From an uncultured Verrucomicrobiae bacterium (GTDB lineage Bacteria; Verrucomicrobiota; Verrucomicrobiia; Chthoniobacterales; UBA10450), in NCBI GenBank assembly GCA_963801815.1, contig CAWDGJ010000002.1:512001-576000 (forward strand): a DNA stretch of 64,000 nucleotides, written 5' to 3'. The translations under genes and the position numbers were made by a program. How positions within the stretch are numbered: position 1 is the stretch's first letter; each line of letters starts with the position of its first letter. The notes beneath the pieces are model-generated. The model was not told the origin of the DNA. It did not search any database and saw only the letters and a program-made list of their open reading frames with translations. Below, one piece after another: positions 30,341 through 40,395 of the stretch.

Positions 30341-32917
30341 ATGAGAGAATTCTGGGGCATGGGGCGGGGCTGGACGTTAGCGATGCTTTTGGCCGCCTCC
30401 GCGATATGGTTTGGCACGGCGTCCGCCGCACACGGACAAGGTGCGCCGATCATCCGTTCGATTGACGTCCAATATTCCGGCCCGGCCACGGTCGCCAAGG
30501 ACCGGATCTTGGCGCAAATGCGCACTGCAGTTGGTCAACCCTACTCGGATTCAACGGTGGAGGACGACATTCGCAATCTTTACAAAACAGGCACGATTCA
30601 AAACGTGCGAATCTTCGCGCAACCGGAAGGCGACGGCGTGAAAGTGATTGTGGCGGTGCAGACGCGGCCCGTCATTCGAGAGCTGGTCATCGACGGCGCA
30701 CATCGCGTAGCCGCAAAGAAACTGCGCAAAGAGATTTCGGTAAGACTTAACGCCCCGGTGAATGAGGACAGCCTGCAAAAGGCGCGGCAGAAGATTATCG
30801 ATATTTATCAGAGCAAGGGTTTCACCGACGTGACAGTCGATTTCCGGACCGAACCGATCGATGAAAGCAAAGGAACGGCCCGGGTGATTTACACGGTGAA
30901 CGAAGGCGAGAAGGGCGCGGTAAAAGAAGTCCAGTTCGAGGGCAACGAGCATTTCAGCGAGCGCATGCTACGCAAGCAAATGAAAACGCGTGGAAAAACG
31001 TTGCTCAATTTCGTCGATAAATCGGGACGCCTGGATGAAGTCCAGCTCGGACAGGACCTCGATAAGATCAAGGAGTTTTATCAAAACCACGGCTACATCG
31101 ACGTGGAGGTGCAGGAACTAAAGCGAGAGCGCAAGAAAGGGCCACTCATCATCACAATTGGGATCAAGGAAGGGACTGAGTACCACGTCAACAAACTCAC
31201 TTTCGAAGGCTACAAGCAGACGACGGAGCAAAAAATCCGACTGCTCCTGAAGATGAAGGAGGGCAGTGTTTACTCGCCAAAACAGTTGCACGATGACGCG
31301 AGAGCAGTGGCCGATGCTTATGGTCAGGGCGGATATGCCGATCTCGTAATATTGCCACAGGGAACGCCGGCGGGCCCGGGCTTAATTAACGTCCATTACA
31401 AGATCGAGGAAGGCAATCGCTCGTACGTCGAGCGGATCGACATCATCGGCAATACCCGGACCAAGGATAAAGTAATTCGGCGCGAGATTCTGATCGCACC
31501 TGGCGACGTGTTCAACACTGTCCGAGTCGACACGACCAAGAAGCGACTGGAGAACCTTGGCTTCTTCTCCAAGGTGGATGCTTATCCAGAAGACACTGGA
31601 GTTGAAGGCCGCAAAGATCTGGTGGTTCAAGTGGAAGAAAAACGCACCGGCTCGCTTAACTTCGGCGCGGGTTACAGCACGATCGATTCGTTGATTGGGT
31701 TCGTGGAACTGACCCAGACTAACTTCGATATTACAAATTGGCCGGGACTCACTGGCGGCGGCGAAAAATTCCGCGCCAAGGCACAGGTCGGTTCCCAGAG
31801 AAAAGATTTCGTTGTTTCTTTGACTGAGCCGTATTTTCTCGACCGCCGGCTTTCATTGAACGGTCAGGCGTTCTATTCGGACGCCACTTATCTCAGCTCC
31901 GTTTACGACCAGCGGAACTACGGGTTTTCTACTGAACTGCGGAAGCCGCTCTTTTCGTGGGTCTATGGCGTGCTCGGCTACAGTCTGCAGAACTACGAGA
32001 TCTATAACGTTTCCGCGGGCGTGTCGCCTGAGATTCGAGCGGAGGAAGGCACAACTACAAGAAGCGCGGTGTCGACGAGTCTTGTTTGGGACCGTCGAGA
32101 CAATCCCTTCTTAACTCGTAAGGGCGAGAGGATTTCCATTTCACCGTGGGTAGCCGGCGGTCCTCTCGGGGGAGACGAACAGACTTACGGACTTGATGTC
32201 GAGGCGACGAAATACATGCGAGTGTGGAAAGATGTGATCTTTCTGGTCGACGCCGAAGCATCAACGGTTGACGTGTGGAACTCGCCGCAATTTAAAAACT
32301 TCGAAACTATCGGCACCGTCGTGGCCGGTCCGCATGTGCCGCTCGCGTTTGATGCGATGGGAAACCCCTGCACCGATATTGGAACAGGGGGTTGCAATCC
32401 GGTACCCCCGCAAACGTTTACCCAATCGATCCCGGCTGTGCCGATTTACGATCGTCTTTACCTCGGTGGCTCAAATAACCTTCGCGGCTTCCAGTTTCGA
32501 GATATCAGCCCGAAAGACACCAATAATCAGCCTATCGGTGGACAGACGATGTGGCGCGCGACCGGCGAAATTAGCTTTCCGATCGTCGAAAAGGCACGCG
32601 GAGCAATATTCTCCGACGTTGGCGCGGTCAATCCCGGAGCTTGGACTTTCGGCGTAGAGACGCTCGACGTTCCGCGCGGCCCGAATCAGATTGCAACGTT
32701 CAGATACCAAACGCAGCAGGCCAAATTGGGGCTTGGGCCATTTCCGTCTCCGCTCACTCCTCGAAGATCGTTCGATAGCCTGGGCTCCGACGTCGGTATC
32801 GGCTTGCGACTGGATCTGCCGATCGGACCGTTGCGGCTCGATTATGGATTCCCAATCGATACCGCCGGAAATGCGAGCCACGGCCACCTGAATTTCAGTG
32901 TGGGCTACCAATTTTGA
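30341..32917 (+). CDS. bamA: Outer membrane protein assembly factor BamA
   Basis: POTRA repeats (GNTRTKDKVIRRE), TGSLNFGAGYS, LGGSNNLRGF, PIGPLRLDYG, C-terminal F. Confidence 0.95.
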   Translation: MREFWGMGRGWTLAMLLAASAIWFGTASAAHGQGAPIIRSIDVQYSGPATVAKDRILAQMRTAVGQPYSDSTVEDDIRNLYKTGTIQNVRIFAQPEGDGVKVIVAVQTRPVIRELVIDGAHRVAAKKLRKEISVRLNAPVNEDSLQKARQKIIDIYQSKGFTDVTVDFRTEPIDESKGTARVIYTVNEGEKGAVKEVQFEGNEHFSERMLRKQMKTRGKTLLNFVDKSGRLDEVQLGQDLDKIKEFYQNHGYIDVEVQELKRERKKGPLIITIGIKEGTEYHVNKLTFEGYKQTTEQKIRLLLKMKEGSVYSPKQLHDDARAVADAYGQGGYADLVILPQGTPAGPGLINVHYKIEEGNRSYVERIDIIGNTRTKDKVIRREILIAPGDVFNTVRVDTTKKRLENLGFFSKVDAYPEDTGVEGRKDLVVQVEEKRTGSLNFGAGYSTIDSLIGFVELTQTNFDITNWPGLTGGGEKFRAKAQVGSQRKDFVVSLTEPYFLDRRLSLNGQAFYSDATYLSSVYDQRNYGFSTELRKPLFSWVYGVLGYSLQNYEIYNVSAGVSPEIRAEEGTTTRSAVSTSLVWDRRDNPFLTRKGERISISPWVAGGPLGGDEQTYGLDVEATKYMRVWKDVIFLVDAEASTVDVWNSPQFKNFETIGTVVAGPHVPLAFDAMGNPCTDIGTGGCNPVPPQTFTQSIPAVPIYDRLYLGGSNNLRGFQFRDISPKDTNNQPIGGQTMWRATGEISFPIVEKARGAIFSDVGAVNPGAWTFGVETLDVPRGPNQIATFRYQTQQAKLGLGPFPSPLTPRRSFDSLGSDVGIGLRLDLPIGPLRLDYGFPIDTAGNASHGHLNFSVGYQF

Positions 32918-32975
32918 CCCCGTAATATTAGACTTGCGGTCGGGCCGGTTTCCAACGACTTGTTTACCCCTTCTT

Positions 32976-33608
32976 ATGAAAAAGATGCTGTTTTTGACAT
33001 TTGCTTCGCTGCTCGTCCTGCCGATCGCCGTGCAGGCGCAGGGATTAAAGATCGGGACGGTGGACATGAACCGGACCTTTCGGGAATACAACAAAACCAA
33101 GGACGCCGAGGCAAAAATTAACGACGCCAAGAACCAGGCGAAGAAAGAATACGATGAACGTGCTGACGCCTACAAGAAGGCGCTCGACGACGTGAACAAT
33201 CTGAACAAGCAGCTTGACGCGCCCGCCTTGAGTGCAGACGCCAAGGCGCAAAAAGCCAAGGAGCGCGACGACAAAATCTCCAACATCAAGAACATGGAGC
33301 GTGAGATCACCGAGTTCCGGCAAACCCGCGAGCGTCAGCTTCAGGAGCAGGCTCTGAGGATGCGCGAAGGCATTGTCAAAGAGATCAGCGACGTCGTTAT
33401 GGAAAAGGTCAAATCAAGCAACCTCGACCTGGTTTTCGATAAGTCGGGCAACAGCCTCAACGGCGTGCCGGTCCTGATGTACTCGCGCGACAGTGTTGAT
33501 TTCACCAACGACGTGATCGCCGTTCTGAACAAACCCGGCCGTTCAAGCTCGGTTAATATGAACATGGGTCCGACAAGCGGCGCTTCCGCGACACCAAAGA
33601 AGCCTTAA
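32976..33608 (+). CDS. skp: OmpH/Skp periplasmic chaperone
   Basis: Signal peptide, KIGTVDM, coiled coil, DLVFDKSG, DFTNDVI; follows bamA. Confidence 0.92.
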   Translation: MKKMLFLTFASLLVLPIAVQAQGLKIGTVDMNRTFREYNKTKDAEAKINDAKNQAKKEYDERADAYKKALDDVNNLNKQLDAPALSADAKAQKAKERDDKISNIKNMEREITEFRQTRERQLQEQALRMREGIVKEISDVVMEKVKSSNLDLVFDKSGNSLNGVPVLMYSRDSVDFTNDVIAVLNKPGRSSSVNMNMGPTSGASATPKKP

Positions 33609-33624
33609 TCGCGGTTTTCGAATC

Positions 33625-33663
33625 AAAACACACGCGGAGAGCAAGCTCGCGTGTGTTTTTTGT
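33625..33663 (+). terminator. Intrinsic terminator of bamA-skp
   Basis: AAAACACACGCG-loop-CGCGTGTGTTTTTT. Confidence 0.8.
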
Positions 33664-33705
33664 GTACCGATCGGAACTTGAATTAGATTCTGAGAGATTC
33701 ACAGA

Positions 33706-34521
33706 GTGAAAGATCGACGACAGCTATTTTTTGCCGCCAGTGCTTTGCTGTTCGGGCTCGCCACATCAATCTTCGCGACCCCAACCTGGGAAGCGACGCT
33801 GACCAAGGACCCTCCAGGAAATTTTCCGGAACCCCGCCCCGTCCAGACCACCTATCATTTCGGCTGGTCCGGTATCACCGCCGGCAAGGGTGACATCCAC
33901 TTTAGCAAAGTTGGCGGTAAACGATTCCAACTTGAAGCATCGGGCGGAACCACCGGCTTCGTCCGTGCTCTGTGGAAACTAGATGCCACCTACCATGGAA
34001 CTGCGAATGATGAAACGCTTCACCCAATCGAAAGCACGCAAGTCGAAGCATATCGCCGAAAGAAAATCACCACCGGGCTGACTTTCACGGATTCTAGCGT
34101 GACCCGCACCCGCACCGAAAATCCCGGCCCGAAAGATACGAAGCCGAAGTCGTTCAATTTTCCAAACTTGTTCGATTTGCACAGCGCGATGCTTTACTTG
34201 CGAAGCCAGCCGCTCAATGAGCACGCCGTTTACCGAATCGTGGTCTATCCGGCGACCTCCGCCTATCTTGCGACAGTAACGGTGCTGGGCCGTGAACACG
34301 TATCGGTCCACGCCGGAAGTTACAACGCGATCAAGTTCGATGTTCAACTCAAACGTCTCGGCAAGGACCTTGAGTTAGAACCACACCGAAAGTTTAAGCG
34401 GGCCACGATCTGGATTTCGGATGATCAAAATCGCATTCCGCTTCGCATTGAAGCGCAGATTTTTGTCGGCACCGTTTTCGCCGAACTCTACGCGGTGCAG
34501 TTCGAGCCGGAAAAATCCTGA
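33706..34521 (+). CDS. DUF3108-like secreted protein
   Basis: Signal peptide; YHFGWSGITAG, FDLHSAMLYLR, IWISDDQNRIPLRIEAQIFVG. Confidence 0.7.
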   Translation: MKDRRQLFFAASALLFGLATSIFATPTWEATLTKDPPGNFPEPRPVQTTYHFGWSGITAGKGDIHFSKVGGKRFQLEASGGTTGFVRALWKLDATYHGTANDETLHPIESTQVEAYRRKKITTGLTFTDSSVTRTRTENPGPKDTKPKSFNFPNLFDLHSAMLYLRSQPLNEHAVYRIVVYPATSAYLATVTVLGREHVSVHAGSYNAIKFDVQLKRLGKDLELEPHRKFKRATIWISDDQNRIPLRIEAQIFVGTVFAELYAVQFEPEKS

Positions 34522-34547
34522 CTGCACGCGTTCGACCCCGGGGGAAG

Positions 34548-35300
34548 TCAGCGTTCGTGGATCCATTCACCGCGCACCGGCTGTTGCGGCGGACGACGAC
34601 GCGGAATGTAGACGGGTCTGTTTCCACCCGGCAACAGTTCAAGTGCCGCAAGAGTTTCCAGATCGAGCCGGCCGGTGACGGGCAAGTGCACCCGCGCCTG
34701 ATACGCGCGCAGCGAAAATTCAAAATCGGGGCCGACCATCCCGTCTAACGGACCACGATAAAGTCCGCGCTGCGCCAAAACATTTTGCGCCGCAACTATG
34801 ATATTGCGTTGAACATCCGGCGGCGCTGACTGATAGGGCGTGCCCGCAAAACTCCCCGCCGGAGCCGTTGGAACCACGCCTTCATCGCGCGGTTGTCGAT
34901 CTTGCCGCTGCGGTTCGGGAAATGGTTGACCAGTCATCGGGTTCGTCGGTCTCTGACGTTGTTCAGGTTCCGGCTCTTGTTTTAAAGGGGCTCTCAAGAC
35001 CGACGTATCGGGCGCGGGTGGCGCAGTAGTCGGCGATGCTTTGACCACCGCGCGGCCCCCAGACGAGTCGACGCCAAGGGACTTCAGCGTTTCGTCGCTG
35101 AGATCACCGGTAATCTGCAATCCATTGCGAATTTGGTAACGCCGAATTGCCGCGGTCGTGTCCGCATCTTTGTTGCCGTTGATGTCGCCGTAATAGAACC
35201 CTTGGTCCTTCAAAGCCTGCTGCACGCTCTCGATCGCTGGGTCGGCAAAGGCGACCACCGCCGACATCAGGAGGATCAGACCCGCTGTTCGCAGTTTCAT
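34548..35300 (-). CDS. Peptidoglycan-binding domain protein (two PGBD repeats)
   Basis: VQQALKDQGFYYGDING....TTAAIRRYQIRNGLQITG and AQNVLAQRGLYRGPLDG...LRAYQARVHLPVTGRLD. Confidence 0.88.
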   Translation of the reverse strand: MKLRTAGLILLMSAVVAFADPAIESVQQALKDQGFYYGDINGNKDADTTAAIRRYQIRNGLQITGDLSDETLKSLGVDSSGGRAVVKASPTTAPPAPDTSVLRAPLKQEPEPEQRQRPTNPMTGQPFPEPQRQDRQPRDEGVVPTAPAGSFAGTPYQSAPPDVQRNIIVAAQNVLAQRGLYRGPLDGMVGPDFEFSLRAYQARVHLPVTGRLDLETLAALELLPGGNRPVYIPRRRPPQQPVRGEWIHER

Positions 35301-35337
35301 ATGGATGCTTGCTTTGACGCCGAAATTTTCGACCTAT

Positions 35338-36099
35338 TCAGGCCTTGGGAGCTGTAACCGCCAGAGTCAACTGACGTTCCTTCAAGACGTCTCGGTATCG
35401 GAGAATCCCTTCACTGATCGCCGCCGCCATTTGTTCGCGATAGTCGTTACTCTCCAATTTAGCAATATCATCCTTGCTACTGAGAAAACCTGCCTCCACC
35501 AGCACGGCCGGAACACCAACGTTCGCGATAACAAAAAACTGCTCCGATTTCGTTCCGCGGTCCGGCGCCTTGGTCCTGACCACCATTGCTTCCTGAATGA
35601 AGCGGGCCAGACTTTGGCTGGCTACCGTCGGGGATTCAGACTCCGCACCCTGGAAGAAAGGGATCCACGAAACCACACGCGGGGCCGGAGCCGCCTGGTG
35701 TTCGGCGTAATAGGTTTCGACTCCGCTCACGATTTTTTTCCCTTCGTTAAAGTGAATGCTCACGAAAATGCAATCGCGGGCGCGGTTTGTAACCGCGGCT
35801 CTATCCTGAAGCGAAACGTAACTGTCACCAACTCGAGTCATTAGCGTAGCCACGCCCTGCGCCTGGAGCAGTCTGTCCACGCGTTGCGCGATGTCGAGTG
35901 TCAGGTCTTTTTCGTAAATGGTCCCGCAGATCGCTCCGGAATCCTGGCCACCGTGACCGGGATCGATGACCACGAGTGCAAAAGGTGCCGGCACGCCGCT
36001 ACGCGAGGAACTCACCGGGGGAACAGTCAAAAGAATTTGCCACCAGACGAACGATCCCAGCATCAGCAAGAGTCCCAACCAGGCGACAACGTTTTTCAT
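35338..36099 (-). CDS. N-acetylmuramoyl-L-alanine amidase (Amidase_3)
   Basis: VVIDPGHGGQDSGA, EKDLTL, FVSIHFN, PAVLVEAGFLS. Confidence 0.93.
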   Translation of the reverse strand: MKNVVAWLGLLLMLGSFVWWQILLTVPPVSSSRSGVPAPFALVVIDPGHGGQDSGAICGTIYEKDLTLDIAQRVDRLLQAQGVATLMTRVGDSYVSLQDRAAVTNRARDCIFVSIHFNEGKKIVSGVETYYAEHQAAPAPRVVSWIPFFQGAESESPTVASQSLARFIQEAMVVRTKAPDRGTKSEQFFVIANVGVPAVLVEAGFLSSKDDIAKLESNDYREQMAAAISEGILRYRDVLKERQLTLAVTAPKA

Positions 36100-36134
36100 C
36101 GCCCAAATCTGACCCGTTGGCTTCTGAAACATTA

Positions 36135-36914
36135 TCAGGTCCGAATGTTTGTGCGGACTTCGGCGTCCGTTAAAATCCGATAACGGATCGCGCTCCTGCT
36201 GTCGCGTTCAAGGACTGCTGCCTCCACTCCAGAGCTTTCGAGTTGCTTATTTCGATTTTGGCGAATTGCATCGCGGCCCGGCAATTCCTTGATTGCATCT
36301 TCGCCCAAGGCCATCCGGCCGACACTCCACGCATCTGCTGCAATCGTTATCGCGTCCGGCAGTTCGGCGTCCGTAGCATGATTTTGTTGCAGGAAGGTTT
36401 CCATAAGTTCCGTCGACACCTTCGCTCCGCTCAACACCGCGAAGCGTTGTCGCGATTGAGCAGCCGGGCCATCGGCTGCAATCGAGCCATCGTAGTCAAC
36501 GGACAAAAACAAATCTTCCTTCGGGCTCGAACCAATCTCGGCAAAAAGTAATCGCGCCAGATAGGGCGGGCCGTAGACTTGTTCGAACGCGGTCTTCATT
36601 ACCGGACTTAAGGAGTAATGCGCGAGACGTCGAAGCGAAACGTCCGAGGCCGAGCGGGTAAATCCTTCCGTGCTCGCCAATTCAATCGCCGCCAATCGCA
36701 GTCGTTCTATGTCGCCCGGATGACCGATCGCTCCCATCGCGATCCGGTCGTAAATCTCGTAAATCTTCTGGCGCGAACGCCGGGCAATGGTGAAGAAGAG
36801 AATTCCATCGCGATATCCGACCGCTGCGATCGGGCTGCCCGGGGCGAGTTGTGTCTCAACGTACTCGCGCCGGTTCGCGATCGCCTCCACCCAACGATAC
36901 GGTTCCTCGATCAT
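36135..36914 (-). CDS. prcA: 20S proteasome alpha subunit
   Basis: EEPYRWVEAIANRREYV....GSP, KIYEIYDRIAMGAIG...DIE.LR; overlaps the prcB stop. Confidence 0.9.
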   Translation of the reverse strand: MIEEPYRWVEAIANRREYVETQLAPGSPIAAVGYRDGILFFTIARRSRQKIYEIYDRIAMGAIGHPGDIERLRLAAIELASTEGFTRSASDVSLRRLAHYSLSPVMKTAFEQVYGPPYLARLLFAEIGSSPKEDLFLSVDYDGSIAADGPAAQSRQRFAVLSGAKVSTELMETFLQQNHATDAELPDAITIAADAWSVGRMALGEDAIKELPGRDAIRQNRNKQLESSGVEAAVLERDSRSAIRYRILTDAEVRTNIRT

Positions 36915-37726
36915 GCTACCTTTTGTTTGAAAACCTGGCCGATCTTTTCGTCCGTCAACGTCGTGATGCCGTCGCGCGAAACGATCTTGATCAGTGGAAA
37001 AATTTTGCCGCTTCGATCGACGCCACCAGTCGACGTGTCCGCTTCTGCCGCGGTATCGAGAGCGCGCAGCGTTACCGCCACCGCCTCATCTTGGTCCAGC
37101 CCATGAAGTTTTTTCGGTCCCCAGTTGTTTTCGTAATAAAGAATACCGCGCACCGCCGGCGAACCGGACCCGGTCGCAGCGTAATCCGTCACTTCAAATT
37201 GCGCGCCCATGGCGTCATAAAAATAAAGGCGCGCCTCAGGTTTCGAATTCGGATCGTAAGTCGCGAAGATCGGCACCACCACCCCGACCCCTTGCATGAC
37301 GAAACCAAAATTGTCGCGCAGCAATTTGGAAAGCGCGCGCACCTTTCCGTCCACGCTCATTTCCTGTAGTTGCGTCCGCCGAAAATACTGAAACGAATGT
37401 TCGAGCACACGCGCCATCTCCCATGCAGTCGCCGGCACGCCCGCGATCGCCATGATTGAATGGCGATCGATTTCCAAAACCTTATCTGCGCGATCGTAAA
37501 CTACGGTGTTGCCGGCAGTCGCGCGCCGATCGCCGGCCACCAGCACGCCGCCCGAGAATTTAAACGCGAGAATCGTCGTCGATTCCGTTGGAACAAAAGA
37601 ATGACCGCCGCCCGCACTGGTGACTTCCGGCGCGCTCTGCAGGAGACCCTTACGGCGCAACAGCGCCGGGAAATCTTCACTCGCTCCCGAGAAATTCGGA
37701 TCGAGGGCCAGAGGTGGCTTGTCCAT
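36911..37726 (-). CDS. prcB: 20S proteasome beta subunit with propeptide
   Basis: Propeptide then S|TTILAF..GGVLVAGDRRATAGN, DKV, TGSGS, AAEADTSTGG (Ntn-hydrolase, catalytic Thr1). Confidence 0.93.
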   Translation of the reverse strand: MDKPPLALDPNFSGASEDFPALLRRKGLLQSAPEVTSAGGGHSFVPTESTTILAFKFSGGVLVAGDRRATAGNTVVYDRADKVLEIDRHSIMAIAGVPATAWEMARVLEHSFQYFRRTQLQEMSVDGKVRALSKLLRDNFGFVMQGVGVVVPIFATYDPNSKPEARLYFYDAMGAQFEVTDYAATGSGSPAVRGILYYENNWGPKKLHGLDQDEAVAVTLRALDTAAEADTSTGGVDRSGKIFPLIKIVSRDGITTLTDEKIGQVFKQKVA

Positions 37727-37902
37727 TATTGCCCCGTTCGCTGGCGATAGCGCTTCGATTGATTGGGATCCACCTTGCGCATCTTCTTGAGCAAATCCTT
37801 GGTGTCAGGCCGCGAAATGTCGGGCGAGCGCGGACCTCCTTCGTCTCCCTGCTTGGGACCCCACGGAGCGGGATCGAACGGCTTTTGCACACGCTCCGGC
37901 AT
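37726..37902 (-). CDS. ubact: Ubiquitin-like protein UBact (58 aa; not in ORF track)
   Basis: Hand translation MPERVQKPFDPAPWGPKQGDEGGPRSPDISRPDTKDLLKKMRKVDPNQSKRYRQRTGQ*; C-terminal R-T-G-Q; TAATG overlap with the prcB start. Confidence 0.9.
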   Translation of the reverse strand: MPERVQKPFDPAPWGPKQGDEGGPRSPDISRPDTKDLLKKMRKVDPNQSKRYRQRTGQ

Positions 37903-38002
37903 GCAAAAAATTTAAGGAGAAATAGAGTAAAGGCAAGCCGGCTCCCCCTCCGGTTCTACCTCGCTTGCCAGCGATAGCGGCTGATGGCAAAATCCGAGTC
38001 CG

Positions 38003-38506
38003 ATGAGATCGCTGGTTACGGGAGCTGTGGGCGCATTCGCATGGATTGTAATTGCGGGCTCCGACAACTTCGGACAAACAATGGCACCGACGCCGAACCA
38101 GTCTGTGAGCCAGGCTGTGCAACTTCAGGAGCTCACCAAAAAAATCGACGAACAAAACGCGAAGATCGACATGCTTTCGCAGGAAATTCTAAAACTTCAG
38201 CTCGAGATCGCCAATCATCGCCCCGGCGTCATGATCGGAGAAGGTGCGCCAACAGGTTCGACGTCGACATCAACCACTACTGCGACATCCAGCGCGACAC
38301 CTGAATCATCCACCAAGACCGGCAATGACAACAATCACGTCGTCGCGCGCGGCGAAACGCTTACGTCAATTGCAAAAATGTACGGCGTGAGCGTGGGGGA
38401 GCTCCAGAAATATAACCACATCGACAATCCGCTGAAGTTGCAGGCAGGCCAGACTCTTTTAATTCCACCGTCTCCCATCCCGTCACCATCTTCGTCCGGC
38501 GAATAA
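38003..38506 (+). CDS. LysM domain protein with coiled coil
   Basis: HVVARGETLTSIAKMYGVSVGELQKYNHIDNPLKLQAGQTLLIP. Confidence 0.9.
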   Translation: MRSLVTGAVGAFAWIVIAGSDNFGQTMAPTPNQSVSQAVQLQELTKKIDEQNAKIDMLSQEILKLQLEIANHRPGVMIGEGAPTGSTSTSTTTATSSATPESSTKTGNDNNHVVARGETLTSIAKMYGVSVGELQKYNHIDNPLKLQAGQTLLIPPSPIPSPSSSGE

Positions 38507-38520
38507 TCGACGGAGAAAGT

Positions 38521-40387
38521 CTAGATCATCTGCTCGTCGGGAGACTCGATCGGCGCTGCTTCGAGTTCTGGTTCGGTTTCATCGATCTGTCGGCTCGATT
38601 CGAGCAAACTTTGCTCGCATAACCGCGCGTACTTGCCGCCATGTGAGATGAGCTCATCATGCGTGCCGCGCTCAATGATGCGGCCATGATCGAGGACAAG
38701 AATTTGGTCGGCGTGAACAATTGTGGAAAGCCGATGGGCAATCACGATTGACGTTCGGTTCGCCATCAAATGTTCCAGCGCCTCCTGAATTAACCGTTCG
38801 GTCGCCGTGTCCACGCTTGCAGTCGCTTCATCCAAAATCAGAATCGGCGGATCTTTCAACAAGGCGCGAGCGATGGAAAGGCGCTGTTTTTCGCCGACGC
38901 TCAGTTTCACGCCGCGCTCGCCGACAACGCTTCCCATCTTCTCCGGTAACCGCTCGATGAATTCGCGTGCGTTCGCCACGTCGACTGCGCGCCACAGCTC
39001 GTCATCCGTCGCCGTTGGTTTTCCCATTAGGAGATTTTCACGGATCGAGCCGTTGAACAGGAAACTTTCCTGCGTGACGACGCCAATATTCTCGCGCAAT
39101 GCGCGAAGGCTGTATTCGCGAACCTCTTTTCCATCGACAAAGATTTGTCCGTCGTTTGCCGGCAATTCGTAGAAACGCGGCAACAAACTGACGAGTGTCG
39201 ACTTGCCCGCGCCGGTTGAACCGACGAGTGCAATCGTCTCGCCCGGGCGGGCGTGAAACGAGATGCGATCCAACGCAAGACGCCCGTCGCCACTGTAGCC
39301 GAAGCTAACATTCTCGTAGCGATACGTCGCCGACGATGGCCGATTCCGTTCCCGGCGTCAGCCAGCCCGGCTCAATCGGTTCATCGATAATTTCGAAAAC
39401 GCGTTCACCGGCAGCGCGGCCGGCCTGAAGCAGTTGGTTGAGCTGATGCAGTTTCCCCACCGGCTCATAAAGATAACCACTCAGCAACAGAAACGCGCCG
39501 AGGTCGCCGAGTTGCATTGAGCCATTAAGCACGGCGCGTGTCCCGACCAGAACCGTCACGATCACGCCGAGCGTCCCGATCAAGTACATCGACGGATTGT
39601 AGGCGGCCCACACTTTCATTACGACGAGGGTGGCCCGGCGCAGTTCGTCGCTAACGCGATTGAATCGTTGATGTTCTTCTTTTTCGCGCGCGAAGCTTCG
39701 GATTTGCCGAATGCCGGAAAGATTGTCGTGCAGCAGCGCGTTCATGGCGGACGAAGCGCGTCGTTGCAATCGATATCGACGATGCGCCGTCAGGGTGTAC
39801 CAAAGCGCACCAGCCGCGAGAAATGGCACCGGACTCAGCGCGAACAAGGTCAGTGTAAAACTGACGTAGCACATCATCGCGAACACAATCACCATCTGCA
39901 GGACAGCAACAACCCCTTGCTCGACGCCGTCGATCAGCATCCGCTCCACTGAGGTCACGTCTTCGAGTAACCGCGTCATGAGATCGCCCGTCGCACGATT
40001 GTCGAACCAGCGCAGTGGCAACAATTGAATGTGTGAGTAAAGGTCGCTGCGAAGATCAAAAATGACGCGCTGTTCGAACGTGTTGTTAAGGATAAGGCGC
40101 AGCGAATTGAGCCCGTTTTGAAGGAGCGCCGCCAATACCGCGAGCAGGATCAGGGGTGCCAGTTTTTCCGGGTGATGTTGTCGGATAACGACATCGAGGA
40201 TCTGCTTTGTCACCACTGGGAAAACGATCACCATCAGCGTGCCGATGATCGCGCAAGCGAGCATGCTGAGCGCGAGGCCCGGGTAATGTTTTAAATAACG
40301 AAAAACCCGGCGGACAGTTTCCATCCGAGGCGTACGATCGGAACGATCGTCCGAACCGGTCGCGTGACTGCCATGAAATCCTCCCAT
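38521..40387 (-). CDS. ABC transporter permease/ATP-binding protein (MsbA/MdlB-like), split by a +1 frameshift near 39322
   Basis: TM domain in ORF 39305..40387; NBD GSTGAGKST, LSVGEKQR, ILDEATA, IAHRLST in ORF 38521..39273, linked by YENVSFGY in the NBD frame. The span is 3n+1. Confidence 0.9.
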
Positions 40388-40395
40388 TTTTAAAT

